DNA from: Calditrichota bacterium
GTDB lineage: Bacteria; Calditrichota; Calditrichia; Calditrichales; Calditrichaceae
DNA: 64,000 nt
NCBI GenBank assembly: GCA_013151275.1
Contig: JAADIP010000158.1
Span: 1,622 to 65,621, forward strand
Direction of reading: 5' to 3'
The translations under genes were made by a program, and so were the position numbers. Of this stretch, positions 10,359 to 18,655 are shown piece by piece. Position 1 is the stretch's first letter, and the number at the start of each line of letters is the position of its first letter. The notes beneath the pieces are model-generated. The model had not been told where the DNA came from, did not search any database, and saw only the letters and a program-made list of their open reading frames with translations.

Positions 10359-10514
10359 GGTTAATGGTTAAGGGTTAAGGGTGTAAGGGTTAAGCGGCTT
10401 CTTTAGCGTCTTGCCATGTCAAACCGTCTTCGCTGCTTTCCGCATTTTCCTTTTTCCTTTTTCTTTTGTCTTTTGTCTTTTGTCTTTTATCTTTTATCTT
10501 ACCCATCCCCCATC
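10359..10514 (+). repeat. Intergenic composite heptamer microsatellite: (GGTTAAG)-type array 10359-10393, eight TT(G/A/T)TCTT-like units 10445-10500, two CCCATC-type units
   Basis: Units counted directly: ttttcct ttttcct ttttctt ttgtctt x3 ttatctt x2; ggttaat ggttaag ggttaag ggtgtaag ggttaag. Confidence 0.85.
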
Positions 10515-10951
10515 ACGTCCTCGTCACTTGTTAATTTGCAACTATACTTCTCCGGATTATGGTTTAGCGTTTAACGTCAACAGGGTTCGTTTTTCGGCAG
10601 TAACCGATTAAAAACGGGAATTGACGCCCGTCACGGCAATCGCCGGGATACTTTTGGATATTTAAAAAGCTAAAGTTCTTCCGGACAATATCGATTAATT
10701 AATAAGTGTTGTTTAATTTATGAAGGAGACTTTGCAGCGCAAATTAAACTACCGTTTAATATTAGTTATTATCTTTTTAACTTTCGACTACTGATAATAA
10801 TAATACAAAGCGTTTATTTTGTGGCTCTTTTCTGGCTTTCGCTTTTTCTTAGAACGATACCCGGCAATCTGCGTTATTCTCAAAATTAATCCTTTAATAC
10901 GATTTTAAATTAAAATTGCATTTTATCAACCAAATAGGGGGAACGGTTACC

Positions 10952-13900
10952 ATGCGTCATTTTTTTTCTATTATCGTTATTTTTTTAACGGTTGGTTTTG
11001 CTTTTTCCCAAACCAACGTTTCCGGTACAATTGATACGGACAGCACCTGGGATGTCTCGGGAAGTCCATATATTGTCACCGGAACACTTACAATAAAATC
11101 GGGCGTTACCCTGACCGTGGAATCGGGAGTTGAGGTAAAGTTCAACTCGGGGGTTTATTTTTACGTTTACGGAAAATTGAACGCCAAGAGCGCCATTTTT
11201 ACATCAAACCAGGGATCTCCTCAACCCGGCGATTGGAATTACATACAAATTGGTTCATCGTCGTACGCGGGTGAAGCCAATTTCGAGAACAGCACTATTG
11301 AGTACGGCGGAACGGGATATACTAATTCAAACTACGGCATGATTCATGTTTACAACGGCACCGCAAATTTCACCGATTCCGATCTTTCAAATTCCAAGAA
11401 TTACGCCCTCTGGATTTATACGAACGGCAATGTGCAATTAACGAACACCAATATTTTCGGCTGCCGTTGGCCTATCGGATATAACGGAGCCGGTTCTCTT
11501 ATTTTCAACGGCACTAATAACCTGTCGGGAAACACACATGACGGGATTATTCTGCAATTTTACACTCAATACCGAACAATGGTTCTCGACACTATCAGCA
11601 TCCCCTACGTATTTAGTTATAATTTTACCATCAAATCCGGCTACACGATGACAATTGCTTCCGGTAATATCGTAAAGCTTAATAACGGAGTGAATATTTA
11701 CGTGGAAGGTGCGCTGATCGCAGAAGCCGGAGTCGGAGAAAAGATTATTTTTACCTCTTACAAAGACGACAACGCCGGCGGAGACACCAACGCCGACGGT
11801 ACGGCGACTTCACCCGCTTCCAAAAATTGGGGCGCGGTCCGTTTTCAGGACAGCAGCGATGACGCGGCGTGCGTATTGACAAGAGCCGAATTCAGATACG
11901 GCGGAGCCGGGAACATAGGGGCGGTTTCAACTTATGACGCCAGTCCCACCATAACGGAATGCGAATTCAACAACAATTATTACGGCGCCATGTTTAAGGG
12001 CGTTTCCAATCCCGTTTTTTCCGATAATACAATCGGCTCAAGCGATATGGTGCCTATTGCCATGTCTTTCGACGCCAATCCCGTATTCACAAATAACAGC
12101 TTTTCTTTTTCCGACAACGCTTATGACGCCATAGGCTTGCTCGGCGGAACCTTAGGCGCCGACGCGGATCTGCCTATCCGCAACGTAACCGGCATACCCA
12201 ACATTACTTACCTGTTGTTAGGCGATCTGACCGTTCCCGAAACGCTTACTTTGACCATTCACAAGGGGGTGGTCATTAAAGGCTATTCTAACTACCAAAA
12301 GATTAAAGTTCAGGGTAAATTACTCGCCGTAGGCGCCGTGGACAGCATGATCACCTTTACATCCGCAAAAGACGATAATCACGGCAATCCGAAAGACACC
12401 AACAAGGACGGCACCCAAACCACTCCGCAAATCGGAGATTGGGGGGGCATTGTTTTTGAAAGCACCAGCGATACCTCTTCTACCCTTGACTATTGCCGCA
12501 TTAAATACGCCCGAATGCCCGGAACCTACTACAGCGGTCAATATTACCAAAACGGAGCAGTGACAACCGTTAATGCCTCGCCGCGTATTAAAAACTCCGA
12601 AATCAAAGACGTCTATTACGGAATTATGGCTATTTTCTCTTCCAAACCGATCATTCAGAATAATTCGTTTATCAATACAAGTTATACGCCTATCGCCCTT
12701 TCTGTTTCGGCTGATCCGGTTTTTTCGGGAAATACGTTCACAAACACGCACTGGACAGCTTTGGGCATATTGGGCGAAAGCGTGGGAGCAAACGGCACCA
12801 TTAAACAACGAACCGTTGCCGGTTACAATAACATTACTTACATGCTCCTGGGAAACTTGACCGTCAATTCCGGCACGTATGTTACCGTTGATCCGGGCGT
12901 GGTCATTAAATTTAATTCCGGTGTTAATATTTATGTGGAAGGCGGATTTAAAGCCCTTGGGAATGTCGCCCAGGGAGATATTATTTTCACTTCTTTCAAG
13001 GACGACAATTACGGCAATCCCAACGATACAAACGGAGACGGTTCCGGCACGTCACCGGCTGCGGGCAACTGGGGTACAATTCAATTCAAAAGCACAAGCG
13101 ACGACGCTTTTTGCCATCTGGATAAAACACAAATCTTATTCGGCGGCTCAGCCAATAAAGGATTGATAACTTTTACGGACGCCAACAGCAGCGTGAGCAA
13201 TTCACTTCTTTCCAATTCGTACTCTTACGGATTGCGTTGCGAAGGGACATCCGAACCTTCCATTGATAATGTGGAAATTAAGAATTCGCGGCTCGATCCT
13301 ATCGCCATGTCTTTAAAATCGGATCCGGTTTTTAACGACATCACCTTCACCGGAAACGGAAGCAAGGGAATCCGGATTCTCGAAGGAACCCTTTCTTCCG
13401 ACGCCACATTAAATCAACGAAGTCTGGCGGGAATAAAGAATATCGCTTACATCGTCGAAAACCTGACGATCAGCTCCAATGCCACGCTTACAATTCAGCC
13501 CGGAGTTGTTATTAAAATCCTTAATTACTACAACAAAATTACGGTTCAGGGCGCGCTGGTCGCTAATGGCACGGTAGATCAAAAAATTATTTTTACATCC
13601 ATTAAAGACGATTCTTACGGAGGAGACACAAATACCGACGGAAACTCTTCCATTCCGCAAATGGGCGACTGGTGGAGCATCGAATTCACCGGTTCGAGCA
13701 ACAGCGCTTTAAATTCGCTGCAGTATTGCATTTTCCGTTACGGCGGAAGCGCTTACAGCAATAATAATTATAAACAATACGGCGTAATTCGTGTTTACGA
13801 CACCGCCGTAAACATTAAAAATTCTACGATTGAACTCTCAAATAGCAGCGCCGTCGGCGTTTTCGGAAGCGCAAATCCCACCATCCAGAATTGTGAAATG

Positions 13901-16240
13901 CTGAATATTAAATACACGCCCATTGTAATGAGTCTGTTTGCAAATCCGACGTTTATCAATAACTCCGCGTTAAACTCGGGCATTATGGCTTTAGGCGTGG
14001 TTCCGGAAAATTATTCGGTGAGCGCAACGGTGCCCATCCGCGATTTCGCGGGATATTCAAACATTACCTATCTCATGTATTCGCAATCAACCATTAATTC
14101 GGGCACCACCATTACCTTCCCGGCGGGATTGGTGTTCAAATTCAAATACAGCGGATTCAAGGTTGACGGCGCCGTGAAGGTCGCCGGCACAACCGCAGAA
14201 CCGGTTGTTTTTACGCATGAAGCCGACGATGATTACGGCAATCCCAAAGACACAAACGACAACGGCTCGGCTACCGTCCCGACAATAAACGCAAGTTATT
14301 ATCATTTTGATTTTTCCGATATCAGCGACGACGCCCTCTCGTCAATCAATCATGCAATTTTCCGTTTCCGAGTCGCCGGAATTAATCTGAATCAGGCTTC
14401 TCCCACCATCCGGAATTGTCTTTTTGATAATAATAACTGGGGAATAATTTTACGCGGAGTATCGGAACCCGTGGTTGAAAACAATACGTTTAACGATCTC
14501 AAGTACGCGCCGCTAATCATCTCTCTTGTTTCCTATCCGAGTTCGGCAAGCGGAAACATCATCTCGGGAACTTCTTATCGCGCAATCGGCGTGCTGCAGG
14601 AAGAATTGGTTCAGGACATTACGCTGCCAAAACGAAATTTCGGCGGCATTGACAATATTCCCTATTACTTTTCGGGCAATTACACCATCGGAACCAGCTC
14701 TATTCTTACTTTGGAACCGGGACTGGTTTTAAAATTTGCAAGCTACAAACGGCTTACTGTAAAAAAAGGTCTCATTGCAGAAGGCGGAGCAGCCGCGGAC
14801 AGCAACATTGTTTTTACTTCCATTTATGACGATTTTTACGGCGGCGATACCAACGCCGACAGTAACGCCACTTCTCCCGCCTGGAATACTAACGGATGGG
14901 ACGGGATTGTCTTCGAAGACGTCTCTTTGGACCCCTATTGCCGTTTGGATCACACGATCATCCAATACGCCGGTCGCTCGGGCAATTACGGAGCAATCGT
15001 CACAAAAAATGCCAGTCCTACCATCACCAATTCCCTTTTAACCAAAAACAGAACCGGTCTTATTGCCAACGGCGCTTCCAACCCGGTTATTAATTATTCG
15101 GATCTGTATGATAATTACGACTACGGAGTGAATAACGTAAATAAGTCGTTTGTTATCGACGCCCGCTGGAACTGGTGGGGAGACGATACGGGTCCGACCC
15201 ACGCAAGCAACCCCGGCGGAAAGGGACAGTCCGTAACCGACGCCGTGAATTTCGATCCTTACACAACTTCGGGCGCCGCTAATCCGGTGGCGGGCGACGT
15301 TAGTCTGAACGGTAAAATCCAAGCCTACGACGCTTCGTTGATTTTACAATTTGTGGTGGGAAGTATTTCCCTTAACCAGTTGCAGCAAAAGGTGGCGGAC
15401 GTCAGCGCCAACAATTCGGTAACATCCTACGACGCTTCGCTGATTCTGCAATACATCGTAAAATTAATTTCGGATTTTCCTTTGGAATTGCTTAAAGAAG
15501 GCGGCGGCGATAACAATCAAAGCCCGCTTGTCTTAAATCCGGTTTCGATGCGCAAAACCACGAGCACCGGACTGCGCGTCGCCTCGGTTGACGCCCAAAA
15601 CGGCGAAACAGTCTCAATTCCCTTAGACCTGATTTCCGCATCACCGCTCAATTCGTGGCAGGCGGTTCTCTCTTACGATCCGGCGCAGATGCAAATCCAA
15701 GGCGTGGAATCCGGCGAACTCGCCTCTCAAATGAGCTTTGCCTACCGGATAGACGCTCAGGAAGGAAAAATCTATCTTGCCATGGCTGGCGGTCAGGCTC
15801 TTGAAAAAAGCGGAACCGTCGCCTTGCTGAAGGTTAAAACCAATGATGATTTGAAGGGCAAACAAAGTACTGTTATCGGCGTTGAACAATTTTTGGTCGA
15901 TGAAATCGATAATACCGATCTCTCCGAAAACGGCGCGCTGACAATACAGGGACTGCCCGAACAATTTACTCTTGAGCAGAACTATCCGAATCCTTTCAAT
16001 CCCGTTACCACAATTAAATACCGGCTTCCCGAAGCCCAAAACATGGTTCGCCTGCAAATTTACAATATCCTCGGGCAATTGGTAAACACATTGGTCGAAA
16101 GACCTCAGGAAGCGGGATATTACGAACTTAAATGGAAAGGCACCGATCGATTCGGCAGAACAGTTCCCAGCGGACTTTATATTTACAAGTTAAAAACCGA
16201 CAAGTACGTAAAAATAAAAAGAATGCAGTTAATTCGATGA
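10952..16240 (+). CDS. Large secreted protein: repeated right-handed beta-helix modules + dockerin + cohesin + T9SS-type C-terminal sorting (FlgD-Ig-like) domain
   Basis: Signal peptide after ATG 10952 (GGGGGA RBS); six repeats with FTSxxDDxxGxxDTNxDG loops; ARWNWWG..GP cap; duplicated GDVSLNG..AYDASLILQ / ADVSANN..SYDASLILQ dockerin; cohesin-like segment; NYPNPFNP...GLYIYKL C-terminus. Confidence 0.82.
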   Translation: MRHFFSIIVIFLTVGFAFSQTNVSGTIDTDSTWDVSGSPYIVTGTLTIKSGVTLTVESGVEVKFNSGVYFYVYGKLNAKSAIFTSNQGSPQPGDWNYIQIGSSSYAGEANFENSTIEYGGTGYTNSNYGMIHVYNGTANFTDSDLSNSKNYALWIYTNGNVQLTNTNIFGCRWPIGYNGAGSLIFNGTNNLSGNTHDGIILQFYTQYRTMVLDTISIPYVFSYNFTIKSGYTMTIASGNIVKLNNGVNIYVEGALIAEAGVGEKIIFTSYKDDNAGGDTNADGTATSPASKNWGAVRFQDSSDDAACVLTRAEFRYGGAGNIGAVSTYDASPTITECEFNNNYYGAMFKGVSNPVFSDNTIGSSDMVPIAMSFDANPVFTNNSFSFSDNAYDAIGLLGGTLGADADLPIRNVTGIPNITYLLLGDLTVPETLTLTIHKGVVIKGYSNYQKIKVQGKLLAVGAVDSMITFTSAKDDNHGNPKDTNKDGTQTTPQIGDWGGIVFESTSDTSSTLDYCRIKYARMPGTYYSGQYYQNGAVTTVNASPRIKNSEIKDVYYGIMAIFSSKPIIQNNSFINTSYTPIALSVSADPVFSGNTFTNTHWTALGILGESVGANGTIKQRTVAGYNNITYMLLGNLTVNSGTYVTVDPGVVIKFNSGVNIYVEGGFKALGNVAQGDIIFTSFKDDNYGNPNDTNGDGSGTSPAAGNWGTIQFKSTSDDAFCHLDKTQILFGGSANKGLITFTDANSSVSNSLLSNSYSYGLRCEGTSEPSIDNVEIKNSRLDPIAMSLKSDPVFNDITFTGNGSKGIRILEGTLSSDATLNQRSLAGIKNIAYIVENLTISSNATLTIQPGVVIKILNYYNKITVQGALVANGTVDQKIIFTSIKDDSYGGDTNTDGNSSIPQMGDWWSIEFTGSSNSALNSLQYCIFRYGGSAYSNNNYKQYGVIRVYDTAVNIKNSTIELSNSSAVGVFGSANPTIQNCEMLNIKYTPIVMSLFANPTFINNSALNSGIMALGVVPENYSVSATVPIRDFAGYSNITYLMYSQSTINSGTTITFPAGLVFKFKYSGFKVDGAVKVAGTTAEPVVFTHEADDDYGNPKDTNDNGSATVPTINASYYHFDFSDISDDALSSINHAIFRFRVAGINLNQASPTIRNCLFDNNNWGIILRGVSEPVVENNTFNDLKYAPLIISLVSYPSSASGNIISGTSYRAIGVLQEELVQDITLPKRNFGGIDNIPYYFSGNYTIGTSSILTLEPGLVLKFASYKRLTVKKGLIAEGGAAADSNIVFTSIYDDFYGGDTNADSNATSPAWNTNGWDGIVFEDVSLDPYCRLDHTIIQYAGRSGNYGAIVTKNASPTITNSLLTKNRTGLIANGASNPVINYSDLYDNYDYGVNNVNKSFVIDARWNWWGDDTGPTHASNPGGKGQSVTDAVNFDPYTTSGAANPVAGDVSLNGKIQAYDASLILQFVVGSISLNQLQQKVADVSANNSVTSYDASLILQYIVKLISDFPLELLKEGGGDNNQSPLVLNPVSMRKTTSTGLRVASVDAQNGETVSIPLDLISASPLNSWQAVLSYDPAQMQIQGVESGELASQMSFAYRIDAQEGKIYLAMAGGQALEKSGTVALLKVKTNDDLKGKQSTVIGVEQFLVDEIDNTDLSENGALTIQGLPEQFTLEQNYPNPFNPVTTIKYRLPEAQNMVRLQIYNILGQLVNTLVERPQEAGYYELKWKGTDRFGRTVPSGLYIYKLKTDKYVKIKRMQLIR

Positions 16241-16288
16241 ATCTGAAATTGTGATAAAGTCATGCTGATATAAAAAAGGATAAGAACC

Positions 16289-18595
16289 ATGAAATTACAT
16301 AAAACATGGATTTTAATTTTAACTCTTTTGTTAGAATTAACAGCCGCTCAGGCGGCGAAAATCCGACTATCCATTCCGGATTCTTCGGGCGTTATGGGTA
16401 CAACGATTTCAATTCCGGTTCGCGTCGAAGATGATTTAACCGGGCAGGATGTCTTTTCGTACCAACTGCAAATATCTTACAACCAGAACATCCTGTTGCT
16501 GGATAATGTGATCATCAATAACACATTGACCAACCAGTGGGGATACATGGAATTCAACGTACCCGCGAACAATCAGGTGTTGATTTCCGCAGCGGGAGAC
16601 GTTCCCTTAACGGGAAAAGGCATTCTTGTTTTTCTGAAATTCGAAATTATCAGAGTCGGGGGAGTCAACATCTCTTTTTCCGACACATTGCACACTTTTT
16701 TTAATCAGGGAAAGCCTTCTCTCGAATTTAAGGCGGGCTATTTTAACGCCGTTTCCCCGCCAAAAATCACGGTATCTCCGAACAGCGGCGTTTTGATTCC
16801 CGGCGAACAAAAACAATTTTACGTGAGCGGCGGGCAGTCGCCTTATCAATGGTCAACCTCCGACCCCGCGATCGCCACCATTGACGCTAACGGATTATTG
16901 ACCGGCGTTTCACCGGGCAACATTCGCGTTTACGCCCAAGATTCCGAAGGAATAATCGACAGTACGGATCAATGGGTCGAAATTCGTCCGTTCCGGATAT
17001 TTCTTAAGGACAGCTCCATTTATCAGGGACAGACTCTTAAACTACCGGTTTATGTAAGCGATTTGACGGATGCGGAAGTTACTTCGGGAAATTTCAAAAT
17101 AACTTTTTATCAGAAGGCTTTTAAAGCGGTAGATGTCACCACAAAAGGCACGCTTCTGGAAGATGCGGATTCCCGTTCTTTTAACGCTTACGCCGGCGCT
17201 CTGGAATTCGCCTTTGCTTCCGCAGCGCCCTTAAGCGGTTCAGGAATACTTTGCTATATCGAACTGGAAAGCGCGGCGACCTACTCCGGCGGCGTCACCA
17301 TCGGTTTTGCCGAAGTTATATTTAACGAAGACATTCAACCGGCGACCGCTTCGGGCTACTTTTCCGTTTTGAAACCCGCGGCAATCACGATTTCTCCGGT
17401 GAACGCTCAGTTGTTCACGGGACAAACCAGGCAGTTTACAGCCAGCGGAGGAACGCCTCCTTACCAGTGGTCTGTTTCTTCACCGCAAACCGCCCAAATT
17501 GACGCCGACGGATTACTGACCGCTTTGCACAGCGGCGAAGTCCGCGTTCTGGTGACCGATGCCGTCGGAGCGAAGGGACAGACAAATCCCATAAAAATAT
17601 ATGACTGTCAGGTGGTTTTTCCGGACACTTCGGGCATGCAAGCCTCTTATTTTGAATATGTCATTCATTTACGTCAATTTTCCGTCATAGAACCGGTTTA
17701 TTCGTTTCAGCTTTCGGTAACAATCGATACCCTCGCCTTAAAATTTAAAGATATCAGAACCTCGGGCACTTTGGCAAATAGCTGGAGCGTCTCTTCCAAT
17801 TTGGACCGTAAAAATCTGATCATCGCCGCCGCGGGAACCGACCCGATTACCGGCAACGGAGATTTACTGCGCATTCGTTTTTACATTACAAACCGCGTAA
17901 GTATCGGTCACTACGCCAATTTGACCCTGCAAAGCTTTTCGTTTAACGAAGGCTACCCGCTGCCGTTGACCGATAACGGCTTTGTTAAAGTGGTCGAGCC
18001 GACCGAACCGCCCGCTTCCGCGCCTCAGCTCATTTCTCCGGCGGACGGGCAAACAGGCGTTTCGAACTCGCCGACCTTTTACTGGCACAGCGTGTTGTAC
18101 GCACAAAACTACCAATTGCAGGTTTCCAAAAACGCCGATCTTTCGGCGGCTGTTTTCGACCTGAACACAATTATCGACACCAGCTTCACGGTCAGCGGTC
18201 TCGATGCAAACACAACATATTACTGGAGGGTAAAAGCGTTAAATGCAGCCGGCAACAGCGCCTGGTCCGAAGTGTGGAGTTTTTCGACCCTGAGTACGGG
18301 ACTTGATGAGCCCGGAAGCGCCGACGCGCCCACGGAATATCGTCTTGATCAGAACTACCCTAACCCCTTCAATTCCGGCACGGTTATTACATTTTCGCTG
18401 CCGGAGCCGACTCATGTTCAACTTTTGATTTATGACGTTACGGGTAAACTGATTTTTACTTTGCTTGAAAGGCGGCTTTCTTCCGGCGCTTACAATATTC
18501 ATTTTGACGGCGCCAATCTGCCGAGCGGTATCTATTTTTACCGCTTACGGACTCCCGGCTTCGAGCAGGTTAAGCGAATGTTTTTAATCAAGTAA
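16289..18595 (+). CDS. Secreted scaffoldin-like protein: cohesin-Big_2-cohesin-Big_2-cohesin-Fn3-T9SS-type CTD
   Basis: Signal peptide; three segments ending AAGDVPLTGKGILVFLKF / ASAAPLSGSGILCYIEL / AAAGTDPITGNGDLLRIRF (cohesin pattern); two ITxSP...F..SGG..PYQWS...A.IDA.GLLT Ig (Big_2) units; TTYYWRVKA Fn3; NYPNPFN CTD. Confidence 0.78.
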   Translation: MKLHKTWILILTLLLELTAAQAAKIRLSIPDSSGVMGTTISIPVRVEDDLTGQDVFSYQLQISYNQNILLLDNVIINNTLTNQWGYMEFNVPANNQVLISAAGDVPLTGKGILVFLKFEIIRVGGVNISFSDTLHTFFNQGKPSLEFKAGYFNAVSPPKITVSPNSGVLIPGEQKQFYVSGGQSPYQWSTSDPAIATIDANGLLTGVSPGNIRVYAQDSEGIIDSTDQWVEIRPFRIFLKDSSIYQGQTLKLPVYVSDLTDAEVTSGNFKITFYQKAFKAVDVTTKGTLLEDADSRSFNAYAGALEFAFASAAPLSGSGILCYIELESAATYSGGVTIGFAEVIFNEDIQPATASGYFSVLKPAAITISPVNAQLFTGQTRQFTASGGTPPYQWSVSSPQTAQIDADGLLTALHSGEVRVLVTDAVGAKGQTNPIKIYDCQVVFPDTSGMQASYFEYVIHLRQFSVIEPVYSFQLSVTIDTLALKFKDIRTSGTLANSWSVSSNLDRKNLIIAAAGTDPITGNGDLLRIRFYITNRVSIGHYANLTLQSFSFNEGYPLPLTDNGFVKVVEPTEPPASAPQLISPADGQTGVSNSPTFYWHSVLYAQNYQLQVSKNADLSAAVFDLNTIIDTSFTVSGLDANTTYYWRVKALNAAGNSAWSEVWSFSTLSTGLDEPGSADAPTEYRLDQNYPNPFNSGTVITFSLPEPTHVQLLIYDVTGKLIFTLLERRLSSGAYNIHFDGANLPSGIYFYRLRTPGFEQVKRMFLIK

Positions 18596-18655
18596 AAGCT
18601 TATTAAAAGTCAAAACAGGAAGTTTAACTATTTTTAAGTTAAGGAGGAGTACATC

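Noticed and set aside
10411-10611. 66-aa ORF (and similar 60-aa ORF at 33919-34101)
   Set aside because: Translations of microsatellite or palindromic repeats; no RBS or protein-like composition.
10575-10626. Imperfect hairpin CGTCAA...TCGG-cagtaa-CCGA...TTGACG upstream of the large secreted gene
   Set aside because: Irregular stem, no recognised motif, about 325 nt from the start codon; no support beyond folding by eye.
12441-12447. G7 run in the large secreted gene as a phase-variation tract
   Set aside because: Short, explained by Trp-Gly-Gly codons, and the frame is intact.
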